Assembly (NCBI GenBank): GCA_964248365.1
Contig: CAXTYC010000023.1
Span: forward strand, 17,386-81,385
Length of the DNA: 64,000 bases
Direction of reading: 5' to 3'
Source of the DNA: an uncultured Chroococcidiopsis sp.
Lineage (GTDB): Bacteria > Cyanobacteriota > Cyanobacteriia > Cyanobacteriales > Chroococcidiopsidaceae
Part shown: piece after piece, positions 1 through 10,515 of the stretch
Layout: each line of letters begins with the position of its first letter
Numbering within the stretch: position 1 is the first letter of the stretch
The notes under the pieces: generated by a model
Databases searched by the model: none
Told to the model about the DNA's origin: nothing
The model's input: only the letters and a program-made list of their open reading frames with translations
Program-made: the position numbers and the translations under genes

Positions 1-93
1 GCAGGTCAAAAGCGGGTTAGTGATGCATACAGCTGGGAAGCTAAGGGTCAGTCCCTGACTCGACTTTACGAAGAAATTCTTGCTCTGCAATAG
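1..93 (+). CDS. 3' end of a glycosyltransferase, probably GT4 (partial)
   Basis: Frame 1 reads AGQKRVSDAYSWEAKGQSLTRLYEEILALQ*, typical of a GT4 C-terminus; lies upstream of a GT cluster. Confidence 0.6.
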   Translation, partial: AGQKRVSDAYSWEAKGQSLTRLYEEILALQ

Positions 94-179
94 ATACTTA
101 GACTAAACCTACCCCAGTTCTGTTTCGGTTAATTAAATTCAGTGTTCTCACCTCACCTAAAAGAAGTATCTCTTTCCCT

Positions 180-1118
180 ATGACTTCACCTTTAGTCAGT
201 ATTATCATCACCAACTACAACTACGGATGCTACTTAGGCAAGGCTATAGATAGCGCGTTAAACCAAACTTATCCTCATACAGAGGTCATAGTAGTAGATG
301 ATGGCTCCACCGATAACTCTAAGGAAATCATCGCTAGCTACGGAAAGCAGGTTATCTCAGTGTTCAAGCAGAATGGTGGGCAAGCTTCAGCCTTCAATCA
401 GGGTTTTGCAGTAAGCAAAGGAGATATTATTTGCTTTCTTGACTCTGATGATATATTCACACCCATAAAAATGGAAGAAGTTGTGAAAACGTTTAAAGAA
501 TGCCAAGATATTGGTTGGTGTTTTCATCATCTTTGTTTAGTAAATATAAGTGAGGCTTTTGCTAAATATAACGATGGATTAAAAAATGAAAAAGTAAATA
601 TATTATCTAGAGAAAACATTGATTTTAGAGTGAAAATTAAAAAAGCAAAGTTACCTAACTTTGTTCCTGCAACTTCTGGGCTTTGCTTCTCACGATCGCT
701 CTTAAATCAGATTCTTCCAATGCCTGAAGCTGAAGGTGTATCAATTAGCGACCTTTACATGAAATATATAGCATTAGCTTTAAGTAAAGGCTGTGTTATA
801 AATGGTAATTTAGCAATTCAAGGTATACACAGTAATAATGCATATACTTGTAAATCCACAATAGAAAAACAAAAAATATATGCAAAAATAGACATCCTAA
901 CAGCCTACTGGATACGAGTTAAATTCCCAGAACTTGCTAAGACTACTAATAAGTTATTAGCAAGAGGAATTGGAAGTTATTTTCAAAGTGGAAGTATTGA
1001 ATTACAATATAAAAAAACTATCAATAATTATTTATTTACTGTCTCTTTAGCTGAGAGGACAAATATAATTATAAAAGCTTTTTACTACTATTTAAAGTTT
1101 TGGGTACGCTTAGCCTAG
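180..1118 (+). CDS. Glycosyltransferase family 2
   Basis: VSIIITNYNY, VVDDGSTD, NGGQASAFN, FLDSDD motifs. Confidence 0.92.
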   Translation: MTSPLVSIIITNYNYGCYLGKAIDSALNQTYPHTEVIVVDDGSTDNSKEIIASYGKQVISVFKQNGGQASAFNQGFAVSKGDIICFLDSDDIFTPIKMEEVVKTFKECQDIGWCFHHLCLVNISEAFAKYNDGLKNEKVNILSRENIDFRVKIKKAKLPNFVPATSGLCFSRSLLNQILPMPEAEGVSISDLYMKYIALALSKGCVINGNLAIQGIHSNNAYTCKSTIEKQKIYAKIDILTAYWIRVKFPELAKTTNKLLARGIGSYFQSGSIELQYKKTINNYLFTVSLAERTNIIIKAFYYYLKFWVRLA

Positions 1119-1202
1119 CGGTTAAAGTTGAACACAGCTAGTTCAAGATTTAGCAAAAGTACTTTCCCACTATTGCTTTTAATTTAGGTTAATTTTTAAC
1201 CC

Positions 1203-2357
1203 ATGCCAAATTGTTTTACATTTAAGCCTAATGTAGTCTTCTTTAGTGGTCTCCTCCTGCCTCCATCTGAGACATTCATCCGCGCTCAAGGGGAAGGGTT
1301 GCAGCAATTCACTCCCTATTATGTAGGTTCGCGTATAGTAAAGGGTTTATCCTTGCCTTCTGAGCGTACCTTGGTCGTCAATCGAGGTGGATTTTTAGGT
1401 GCTGCACAGGAAGGTTTATTCAAGCTATTAGGATCTGCCCCAAGGTTGTACAAGCAAGTACAGCAGTTAAACCCTGTTTTAATACACGCGCACTTTGGGC
1501 TAAATGGATCTCTAGCCCTCCCTTTGGCACGAATCCTGAAGCTCCCTATGGTGGTGACGTTTCACGGCTCTGATGCTACAAAAAAGGATGAGTATGTACC
1601 CTGGTCTTCCATCAGTCATCAGATATACTTTCGCCGCCGAGAAGCTCTCAAGCGCGAGGCTAGGCTGTTTATTGCCGTATCGGAGTTTATCAAGACAAAG
1701 TTGGTTGAGCAGGGCTTCCCACCAGACAAAATTGTAGTACATCACATCGGCGTAGACACAGAAGTTTTCCAACCCGATCGGGCTGTGCAGCGTGAGCCAG
1801 TTGTGCTGTTTGTTGGGCGGCTAGCTGAGAAGAAAGGCTGCCAATACTTGATTCAGGCTATGGCTCAGGTACAGGCAGAAATACCTGATGTGGAGCTAGT
1901 GATCATTGGCGATGGACCACTCAGGCTGCAATTAGAAGATTTAGCAGCCTCATCACTAAAACGCTACCAATTTTTGGGACTACAACCACCGCAGGTAGTC
2001 AAGAGTTGGATGAATCGATCGCTAATGCTTGCTGCTCCAAGTGTCACGGCTTCAACGGGAGATTCTGAGGGTTTGCCTACTGTTGTAGTTGAAGCGCAAG
2101 CGATGGGTTTACCTGTTGTAGGTTCTGTTCATGCTGGTATCCCCCAAGCGGTAGTGCATGGAGAAACAGGTTTCTTGGCGGCTGAGCGGGATTGGACAAG
2201 TTTAGCAGAACATATTTTGCGACTACTTAAAGACCCGATACTTTGGCAAAGTTTTAGCTGCAATGGGCAGCAGCGAGTAAGGAATTTATTCGACTTGCAT
2301 AAGCAAAATCAAGCTTTAGAAGGTATTTATGAAGCTGTTTTGCGCCAAGAAGTTTGA
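1203..2357 (+). CDS. Glycosyltransferase family 4
   Basis: ETFI, HAHFG, FVGRLAEKKG, EGLPTVVVEAQA. Confidence 0.92.
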   Translation: MPNCFTFKPNVVFFSGLLLPPSETFIRAQGEGLQQFTPYYVGSRIVKGLSLPSERTLVVNRGGFLGAAQEGLFKLLGSAPRLYKQVQQLNPVLIHAHFGLNGSLALPLARILKLPMVVTFHGSDATKKDEYVPWSSISHQIYFRRREALKREARLFIAVSEFIKTKLVEQGFPPDKIVVHHIGVDTEVFQPDRAVQREPVVLFVGRLAEKKGCQYLIQAMAQVQAEIPDVELVIIGDGPLRLQLEDLAASSLKRYQFLGLQPPQVVKSWMNRSLMLAAPSVTASTGDSEGLPTVVVEAQAMGLPVVGSVHAGIPQAVVHGETGFLAAERDWTSLAEHILRLLKDPILWQSFSCNGQQRVRNLFDLHKQNQALEGIYEAVLRQEV

Positions 2358-2419
2358 AGGCAAAAGTAACGTTACGTCTTTTTTTTGATTTTTAGATGAA
2401 TATTTCTAGGAGGTAAGAG

Positions 2420-5400
2420 GTGCAGAAATCTCAAGAGCAACAGCAAGCGATCGCAACCACTTTCATACAGGAACCACTTGCAGCATCTAGCGTTACAGAT
2501 CAGCAGATGGTGCAAGCGGCTATACTTGCCGATCCTTCAATTGATGAGTGTGTTGTACTAAATCGAGCAAAGGAACCCACTAGAGAGCTTGTTGCTTACG
2601 TAGTCTCTAGGGGAAAGTTCTCTCCAGAGCAGATCCAATCTCACTTGCAAGCTAGTCTGCCTTCAGATCTTTTAGCGATCGCCTATGTACCTGTGTCTAA
2701 ACTGCCCCTTACTCCTACAGGACAAGTGGATGAGCAAGCTTTGATTGCTCTAGAGGTGGTCGATTCTGACTTGGTGCAAAGATGGGAAACTCAACTGCAA
2801 TCCCTGCCAGAAATTGAGCAAGCAGCCCTCGTAGTTCAAGAGTATATAGAAACTTCTCCCCCGCTACATCTGTCAGATTTGCTGCCCGATTGGAAGTCCA
2901 CCCCAAGCACTAGTACTGCAACCACAATTACAACTGCAAGCTCTTTTGATGCTATTGAAGAAGCAACCGAATCCAAGGCACTAGCCATCAGCTACGGCGG
3001 ATCTCTGCCTGAAGAACCTAATGCTCCCACCACTCTACCAGAAGTTCTGCAAAGAGCAGCTCGTCAAATTCAGGGAGATAGCATTGTCTACCTCCAGCCA
3101 GACGGCACAGAAATCTTTCAATCTTATGGGGATTTAGTGGAGGAGGCAGAGCGAATTCTAGCTGGACTGAGAAAGCTAGGGTTGAAACCTCAAGACAAAG
3201 TAATTTTACAACTGGAACTCAACCAAGACATTATCCCAGCGTTCTGGGGTTGTATTTTAGGAGGCTTTATTCCCGTAATTATGGGAGTAGCACCGACTTA
3301 CAGTTCATCCAATAATGCAGTAGACAAGCTGTGTAATGTTTGGCAGTTATTAGATCAGCCTTTAATATTAACCACCCAAGCACTCCAAAAATCAGTACAA
3401 TCTCTAACTCAATGGCTACCCGCTGAAGATTTTCAAGTAAGCTCAATTGAAGCATTAAGAAAAAACACTGCTGATAAATCATATCACCCTTGTAAACCAA
3501 ATGATCCGGCATTTTTCAACCTGACTTCTGGCAGTACCGGAATGCCAAAATGTATCAGTCTGACTCACTGGAATCTAATATCTCGCGCTATAGGAACTAA
3601 TATCCTCTCTCACCACGACTGTGAAGATGTAATTCTAAATTGGCTGCCTTTCGATCATATTGGTAGTATTTCAGACTGGCATATTCGCTGTGTTTACTTA
3701 GGCTGTAAACTTATTTATACAAATAAAGAATATATTCTTGGTCACCCATTAAACTGGTTAGATTTAATTGATAAATACCGCATTACTCATAGCTGGGCAT
3801 CTAACTTTGCCTATGCCTTGATTTATGATGCCCTCAAACAAGAACCTGAACACAAATGGGATCTATCCTGCGTCAAATCCTTACTCACCGCTGGAGAAGC
3901 TGTTTCTTCCACTGCTGTGAAGGATTTTATTGAAAGTCTTGCTGTTCATGGTTTCAAAAAAACAGCCATTCGTCCAGCTTTTGGCATGGCAGAGATGGGA
4001 TCTGGTATTACTTACTATCAGCCAACAGAAGAAAATCCTCTACTTTTTCATACTGTTGACAAATCTTCTTTAAAAGGCTCCATTAAAAGAGTAAGTGCAG
4101 AGCATCCAAATTGCACAACTTTTACAGATTTAGGTCCAGTGATTCCTGGGGTATCGATTCGGATTGTAGACAAGGAAAACTCACTGTTATCTGAGGATAC
4201 AATTGGTTGTCTACAAGTAAAGGGCGATGCTGTATTTGCTGGCTACTACAAAAACCCAGAAGTCAATAAAGAAGTATTTGTAGAGGATGGCTGGTTTAAT
4301 ACCGGAGATTTAGGATTTATTTCCGATGGTCATCTGGTTGTTACAGGTAGGGCTAAAGAAACCATTATTATTAATGGAGCCAATTATTACAACCATGAAA
4401 TTGAAGCGGTAGTAGAAGAAATTGAAAGAGTTGATGTTTCTTATACTGCTGCCTGTGCTGTGCGGGATGCTAAGGGTACTACCGATAAATTAGCAATCTT
4501 TTTCAGTGCTTGCGGTGTTGATGAAGAGCATCTAATTGAATTGCTAAAGCAAATCCGGCAAACAGTTGTTGGCAAAGTGGGGGTAAATCCTGATTACTTA
4601 ATTCCTGTTGAAAAGGAGGTTATTCCCAAAACAGCAATTGGTAAAATTCAGCGATCGCAACTAAGCAAACTTTTTGAAGCGGGTGAATTTGACCATATTC
4701 TCAAACGCTTAGATATTCTGCTCAAAAACGCTAATACACTGCCAGACTGGTTCTATCGCAAAAGCTGGCGACCGAAAGAAGTTGTATCTTTAAATATTCA
4801 ACCTCTGACGGGTCAAACTCTGGTGTTCCTTGACTCATTAGGAATGGGTGAGTTGATCGGTGCAGAACTAAGCCGTCAGTACCAGCCATGTGTCAGCGTC
4901 GAGGTGGGGTCAGATTTTGTTCAGTTGAGTAGCGATCGCTATCAAATCAATCCTCAAAACCCTGACCACTATCGGCAACTACTTGAGTCTGTTTCAGAAT
5001 GCACTTTACAAATTGGTCAAATTCTGCATTTATGGAATTATGACAATTATGCTGGCGAAATTTCAAGTCCAGAGGAACTAGAGCAGGCGCAGGAAAGAGG
5101 AATCTACAGTTTGCTGTTCTTGGTGCAGGCGCTGGCTAAAGTTCAGAGTTCTGAGCATCCAGTTCGCTTGTTAGTTGCAGCTAGTCACACCCAGCCTACC
5201 TCGGCATCTGACAAAGTTGCGGCTCAAAAAGCGCCGATGTTGGGTTTGATTAAAGCAGTGTCTCAGGAATTATCTTGGCTGGACTGTCGCCATGTGGATT
5301 TATCTCTAGACACGGTAGAAATCAATGCTGAGCAAATACTGCGAGAGTTACGAGTTTTGCAGCGATCGCCAGAAGTAGCTTACCGCCAAAATCAGCGTTT

Positions 5401-7666
5401 GGTTCCCTGCTTGGAGAAAGTTGACTGGAGTCAGGAGCCAGAGCAACAACTGCCTTTTAAGCAAGGTGGAATGTATCTGCTGAGCGGTGGTTTAGGTGGT
5501 ATTGGTGTTGAGATTGCTAAGTATCTGTTGCAAAATTACAATGCTCGGTTACTGTTGGTAGGTAGAACTGCGTTACCAGAAAGAAACACATGGGATGCGG
5601 CTTTAAAGGAAAAAAATGCTGTGCGAGAGCGGATCGAGGCTTACCTATCTCTAGAACAACTGGGAGGAGAGATTGCATATCAGGCTGTTGATATTTGCGA
5701 TCGCATTCAATTGCAACAGGTAGTTGATCGAGCTAAGTCGCTTTGGCAATGTGAACTAGATGGAGTAATTCATCTAGCAGGAACCGCACCAGAACGCTTG
5801 TTAGTTGACGAAACTCGTGACAGTTTGGCAACAACCCTGCGTCCCAAGGTTTTGGGTACTTGGGCGTTGCATCAATTGATTAAAGACCAGCCAAACAGCG
5901 TTTTTATCAGCTTCTGTTCGTTGGCGAGTTTCTTTGGCGGCGCGATGATTGGTGCTTATGCTGCTGCTAATAGTTTTCTAGACTGCTTTACCCACTATCA
6001 GCGATATCATCGTTCATTGCAGAGCTATTGCTTTGCTTGGGGGATGTGGGAAGCGATCGGTATGAGCCGGAATTCTCAAGCAAAGGATTTACTTCGTGCC
6101 AAAGGTTATCAAGCTGTGACGCTAAAGCAGGGGATGCATTCACTGCTGATAGGTTTGCACCACGATCAAGGGCAACTACTGGTAGGTTTGGATGGCAGTA
6201 ACCGCAATATCCGACGGTATATAGAACCGCAGTTGTGTCGCCGTGTTCAGACACTATCTGCTTATTTCACTGCTAACACCGATTTATTGCTCTCAGGTAG
6301 GTTAGAAGCATTGTTAGTGAGCGATCGCTTCGGCACACCAAGTAAATGCACCTTTCGGCAGATCCAGCAAATGCCGCTAACAGATACAGGTGAAATCGAC
6401 CGCACACAGCTAGCCGCAATTGGTCGTGCGGGAGCTGCCGATCAGGTGAAGCCGACAACAGAACTAGAATGCCAACTAGCTAGCATCTGGCAGCAGGTAT
6501 TGGGGGTTTCCCAAGTAGGCATCCATGACAACTTCTTTGAGTTAGGTGGGAGTTCACTACAAGCCGCGCGTTTATTTGCTGAAATTGAAAAAACCTTTGG
6601 CAAAAATCTGCCCTTGGCTACCCTCTTTGAAGCTCCAACAGTCGCGCAGCTTGTCACTCTTATCAGCACACAAGAAGAGTCAGTATTGTGGTCTTCGCTG
6701 GTTCCGATTCAAACTGGGGGTTCTAAGCCACCTTTGTTTTGTATTCATGGAGCTGGTGGCAACATTCTCATGTACCGCCAACTAATACCTTACTTAGATT
6801 CAGAGCAACCAATTTATGGAATACAGCCAAAGGGACTAGATGGACATGAGACACCCCTTAACCGGATTTCAGAAATGGCGAGTGTTTATGTCAATGAAAT
6901 GCGTGACTTGCAACCTGAAGGACCCTACTACTTGGCTGGTTTATCTGCTGGTGGCTTAATTGCCTTTGAGATGGCACAAGTCCTTCAAGCTCAGGGTCAA
7001 CAAGTGGCAATGCTTGCCTTAATCGATCCTCACGCTCCTGGTTATCCCAGATTATTGCCTGTAGTACCTCGATTATTATCATTGCTACCTTATGCAGCTT
7101 ACCATTTAGCCAAAAGAAGCCCATCTCGTATAGCTAAGCTGTTCCAATCTAGACTATCGCAAGCTCGTTCACAATCACAGCAAGCAGTCAGTCAAAGCTA
7201 TGCAACAAGTGAAAATCTTCAACAGAACGAGGGATTAGAGGTATCGATCAATAGCAATAGAAACTTACCTCGAAAAATTAATTCTTTGCGCGATCGATTG
7301 GAATATTTCAGCCTCTGGCTTTTGAAATTTACTCCCTGGGCATTTCTTGTGCCGAGGTTTTACTTAGAGGAGGCGAATTCTTTACCTAACTCTCTTCAGA
7401 AGATTCAAAAAGCCAATGTTGAGGCAATGCTTTCTTACAATGCCCAAGCCTATCAAGGTCGGGCAATCCTGTTTCGCGCTAGCGAACAACCACCCGGATG
7501 TTACCCCGATCCCCAGTTGGGCTGGAGTAATTTAGTGGCTGGAGGACTTGAGGTTTACCAAATCCCTGGCTATCACAGTGAATCTTTGCTGTATGAAGAA
7601 CGAAGTGTTCGAGTTCTTGGCAAGCAGTTGAAGACTTGCTTAGATCGAGCGATCACAAATAAGTAG
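2420..7666 (+). CDS. Stand-alone NRPS-like module A-KR-T-TE (keto-acid-activating type)
   Basis: A: LTSGSTGMPK, WLPFDHIG, FGMAE, FNTGDLG, GRAKE, PKTAIGK. KR: SGGLGGIG, YAAAN. T: NFFELGGSSL. TE: GLSAGG. GTG start after AGGAGG. Confidence 0.88.
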   Translation: MQKSQEQQQAIATTFIQEPLAASSVTDQQMVQAAILADPSIDECVVLNRAKEPTRELVAYVVSRGKFSPEQIQSHLQASLPSDLLAIAYVPVSKLPLTPTGQVDEQALIALEVVDSDLVQRWETQLQSLPEIEQAALVVQEYIETSPPLHLSDLLPDWKSTPSTSTATTITTASSFDAIEEATESKALAISYGGSLPEEPNAPTTLPEVLQRAARQIQGDSIVYLQPDGTEIFQSYGDLVEEAERILAGLRKLGLKPQDKVILQLELNQDIIPAFWGCILGGFIPVIMGVAPTYSSSNNAVDKLCNVWQLLDQPLILTTQALQKSVQSLTQWLPAEDFQVSSIEALRKNTADKSYHPCKPNDPAFFNLTSGSTGMPKCISLTHWNLISRAIGTNILSHHDCEDVILNWLPFDHIGSISDWHIRCVYLGCKLIYTNKEYILGHPLNWLDLIDKYRITHSWASNFAYALIYDALKQEPEHKWDLSCVKSLLTAGEAVSSTAVKDFIESLAVHGFKKTAIRPAFGMAEMGSGITYYQPTEENPLLFHTVDKSSLKGSIKRVSAEHPNCTTFTDLGPVIPGVSIRIVDKENSLLSEDTIGCLQVKGDAVFAGYYKNPEVNKEVFVEDGWFNTGDLGFISDGHLVVTGRAKETIIINGANYYNHEIEAVVEEIERVDVSYTAACAVRDAKGTTDKLAIFFSACGVDEEHLIELLKQIRQTVVGKVGVNPDYLIPVEKEVIPKTAIGKIQRSQLSKLFEAGEFDHILKRLDILLKNANTLPDWFYRKSWRPKEVVSLNIQPLTGQTLVFLDSLGMGELIGAELSRQYQPCVSVEVGSDFVQLSSDRYQINPQNPDHYRQLLESVSECTLQIGQILHLWNYDNYAGEISSPEELEQAQERGIYSLLFLVQALAKVQSSEHPVRLLVAASHTQPTSASDKVAAQKAPMLGLIKAVSQELSWLDCRHVDLSLDTVEINAEQILRELRVLQRSPEVAYRQNQRLVPCLEKVDWSQEPEQQLPFKQGGMYLLSGGLGGIGVEIAKYLLQNYNARLLLVGRTALPERNTWDAALKEKNAVRERIEAYLSLEQLGGEIAYQAVDICDRIQLQQVVDRAKSLWQCELDGVIHLAGTAPERLLVDETRDSLATTLRPKVLGTWALHQLIKDQPNSVFISFCSLASFFGGAMIGAYAAANSFLDCFTHYQRYHRSLQSYCFAWGMWEAIGMSRNSQAKDLLRAKGYQAVTLKQGMHSLLIGLHHDQGQLLVGLDGSNRNIRRYIEPQLCRRVQTLSAYFTANTDLLLSGRLEALLVSDRFGTPSKCTFRQIQQMPLTDTGEIDRTQLAAIGRAGAADQVKPTTELECQLASIWQQVLGVSQVGIHDNFFELGGSSLQAARLFAEIEKTFGKNLPLATLFEAPTVAQLVTLISTQEESVLWSSLVPIQTGGSKPPLFCIHGAGGNILMYRQLIPYLDSEQPIYGIQPKGLDGHETPLNRISEMASVYVNEMRDLQPEGPYYLAGLSAGGLIAFEMAQVLQAQGQQVAMLALIDPHAPGYPRLLPVVPRLLSLLPYAAYHLAKRSPSRIAKLFQSRLSQARSQSQQAVSQSYATSENLQQNEGLEVSINSNRNLPRKINSLRDRLEYFSLWLLKFTPWAFLVPRFYLEEANSLPNSLQKIQKANVEAMLSYNAQAYQGRAILFRASEQPPGCYPDPQLGWSNLVAGGLEVYQIPGYHSESLLYEERSVRVLGKQLKTCLDRAITNK

Positions 7667-7772
7667 CACAGGTATTTAAGGGAAGCAAAGGGGAGTTAGT
7701 AAATTCTAATTCCCCTCGCTCCTCGCTCATGCCTATTTTCAAGTGAAGTCTATTTTCGGACTTAATCTAACA

Positions 7773-8882
7773 ATGCAACAAGCAAAGCTTCAACAAATTG
7801 ACCAAGACTTGATTAGGCTGCTAAGGGAAAGAATAGCAGTCTTGGCAGAATCAGGAATTCCTCCTTTAGAGCAGCAACTGTCAGACTGCTCATCCTACCT
7901 TGCTCAGACAGGCGTGCCAGAATCTCTATGGCAAAATATTGTCACAGGTTGTGTTGCTGCACTCAAGAGCGCATCCTTGTCTCACAATCAGATTGAGCCG
8001 CGCAACATTACTGCGATCGGCGGAGGCGGTATGATGGGGCGCTTCTTTACACAGCGGCTGCAAGCAGCTGGACATAATGTTAATGTTCTCGAATACAATG
8101 ACTGGGATAATGCAGAGAAATTACTATCCCAGGCAGATTTAGTATTAGTCTGCGTTCCCCTCAAAAGTACATTGGCTGTAATTCAAAAGGCAGCTAAATA
8201 CCTTCGTCCAACCACTGCACTAGTTGATATTGCCAGTATCAAAACTCCCTTCGTGCAAGCTATGCTAGAGCAGCATAAAGGACCTGTATTGGGTTTACAT
8301 CCCATGTTCGGTCCAGGGGTCAAATCCTTCTTGTCACAAAAAGTTGTAGTTTGCCCAGGTCGTGAAAATGAGGCGTTCCAATGGTTTCTAGACTTTATTA
8401 AAAATGATGGCGGCAAGCTGATTACCTGTACGCCCCAAGAACACGATCGCATGATGATAGCTATCCAAGCAATCCGGCATTTCTGTACGTTTAGTCTTGG
8501 TGTTTTCTTGGCAGAAGAAGAAATTGATATAGCCCGTAGCCTAGAGTTTGCTAGCCCGATTTATCGCCTTGAAAGTAACATAGTTAGTCGCCTGTTTGCC
8601 CAGGATGGGTCTTTATACATAGATATCATACTAGCTTCCGAGGAACGCACTGGGGCAATCGGTAGGCTGGCGCAGACTTATAACCGTTTGGCGAAATTGG
8701 TGGCACAAAAAGATCGCTCCGCCCTGATGCGCGAGTTTGTAAATGTCGGCAATGCTTTTAAACAAGAGTCGGATCGCGCTCTTGAAGAAAGTAATTATGT
8801 GATCAACGCCATCAGTACACTTTTAGCGGCAAGCGAGGTCAAAGCGAATTCAACGCCAGCAACACTTGTCAGCAACACTTAA
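7773..8882 (+). CDS. tyrA: Chorismate mutase/prephenate dehydrogenase
   Basis: CM-like N-terminus (QIDQDLIRLLRER), GGGGMMG, DIASIK, GLHPMFGP, EHDRMM. ATG at 7773 preferred over GTG at 7743. Confidence 0.88.
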   Translation: MQQAKLQQIDQDLIRLLRERIAVLAESGIPPLEQQLSDCSSYLAQTGVPESLWQNIVTGCVAALKSASLSHNQIEPRNITAIGGGGMMGRFFTQRLQAAGHNVNVLEYNDWDNAEKLLSQADLVLVCVPLKSTLAVIQKAAKYLRPTTALVDIASIKTPFVQAMLEQHKGPVLGLHPMFGPGVKSFLSQKVVVCPGRENEAFQWFLDFIKNDGGKLITCTPQEHDRMMIAIQAIRHFCTFSLGVFLAEEEIDIARSLEFASPIYRLESNIVSRLFAQDGSLYIDIILASEERTGAIGRLAQTYNRLAKLVAQKDRSALMREFVNVGNAFKQESDRALEESNYVINAISTLLAASEVKANSTPATLVSNT

Positions 8883-8904
8883 ACTTACTTGAGCTTATCT
8901 GGAA

Positions 8905-10368
8905 ATGAACCTACGACAAAAGGCTGCTAAAGGTGTAGCTTGGTCTGCGATCGAAAATTGGGGTAATCAGGCAATCTATTTTGTCCTATTTCTTGTGCTT
9001 GCCCGCCTGTTACCACCAGAAGCCTTCGGGCTGGTTTCCTTGGCTGGTATTTTGATCAGTTTTATGATGGTCTTTGCTGATCAAGGAATTAGTGATGCGC
9101 TCATACAACGCCAAGAACTGGAACCAGAACACTTAGATACTGCTTTCTGGACTAACGTTGGCGTTAGTGCTTTGCTAACTATATTTAGCATTGCTGCTGC
9201 CCAACCCGTGTCTAACTTATTCCATCAGCCGCAGTTGATGCCAATTATATGCTGGTTATCCCTAAGCTTTTTGAGTAGCGGCTTGAGTAGTGTGCAGCAG
9301 TCACTTTTGCGTCGCCAATTTGCCTTCAGAGCTTTAGCAGTGCGATCGCTCTTAGCGTTATCTGTCGGAGGTATCGTCGGTGTAAGTATGGCTTGTATGG
9401 GCTGGGGTGTCTGGAGTCTAGTTGGTCAGCAGTTGGTCGGTCGGTTAGTTACAGTTCTAGCTCTATGGTGGGTTAGTGACTGGCGACCTGGTTTTAGGAT
9501 TTCTGCCAAACATTTTAAGGAGTTGTTCTCCTTCGGGATAAAAATGCTCGCAGGTAGTATACTCGCTTTTTTTAGTATCCGCTCTGATGATTTTTTAATC
9601 GGATACTTCCTCGGTCCTGTGGCACTTGGCTACTACACAGTTGCCTACAGGCTGCTGGTAGCTATGACACAGATGATAAGTGCTACTACACGCCAAGTCG
9701 CACTACCGATATTTTCCAGGCTACAGCAACAGACCGAGCAGCTAAGGCAAGCATTTCTCAGTGCCACACAGTTCTTGAGTTTGTTTGTTTTTCCAGCCGC
9801 TTTAGGTCTAGTGGTACTAGCTCCCGAAGTGGTGCGGACTTTGTTCGGTGAGCAATGGACACCAAGCGTTCCGGTGATGCAGATTCTTGCTCTGAGTGTC
9901 ATGACACAGATAGTCGGTTCTCTGGGTGGAATTATCTTGGTAGCAGTCGGCAAGCCTGATTGGGGTTTAAAAATGATTTTGCTCAACACTGTGGTTAACG
10001 TCATCGGTTTTGCGATCGCAGTTCGATGGGGCATTGTGGCTGTGGCAGCATCATTTGTAATTCGTGATTATCTACTTCAACCTGTTTTGTTTTGCCTCGT
10101 CTATAAGCTTACAGGCATCAAGGTTTTCACTTATCTTCGCCAATTTGCCGTCCCACTTGTTGGTTCGCTAATCATGATATTTTTTATCTTGGGAGCAAAA
10201 TTCTTCCTGGGTAACTTGCTAAACTCGCAGGCATTATTAGCAACTTGTGTGACGCTTGGAGCGTCGATATACACAGCAACAATACTGTTAATTGCACCAA
10301 AAATATTCTGGCAAGTAGTTAATTTTGCTGGCTTATCATTAGGAATTTCTAAGTTGAAAAAAACTTAA
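8905..10368 (+). CDS. Wzx/MOP polysaccharide flippase
   Basis: LARLL.PEAFG, ALIQR..L...HLDTAFW, LGYY..AY; many TM helices. Confidence 0.9.
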   Translation: MNLRQKAAKGVAWSAIENWGNQAIYFVLFLVLARLLPPEAFGLVSLAGILISFMMVFADQGISDALIQRQELEPEHLDTAFWTNVGVSALLTIFSIAAAQPVSNLFHQPQLMPIICWLSLSFLSSGLSSVQQSLLRRQFAFRALAVRSLLALSVGGIVGVSMACMGWGVWSLVGQQLVGRLVTVLALWWVSDWRPGFRISAKHFKELFSFGIKMLAGSILAFFSIRSDDFLIGYFLGPVALGYYTVAYRLLVAMTQMISATTRQVALPIFSRLQQQTEQLRQAFLSATQFLSLFVFPAALGLVVLAPEVVRTLFGEQWTPSVPVMQILALSVMTQIVGSLGGIILVAVGKPDWGLKMILLNTVVNVIGFAIAVRWGIVAVAASFVIRDYLLQPVLFCLVYKLTGIKVFTYLRQFAVPLVGSLIMIFFILGAKFFLGNLLNSQALLATCVTLGASIYTATILLIAPKIFWQVVNFAGLSLGISKLKKT

Positions 10369-10515
10369 AACTTTTAGCCATAAGCGCTACAAATTTGGTT
10401 ATTCACGGTTATCTAATTACTTATATGGCTCAAATAAATATTCAACCACACAGGTCTTAATTACATAAGTTTTAGTAGCGAATATGGTGAATTGATACTT
10501 TAAGGAAATTACAGT

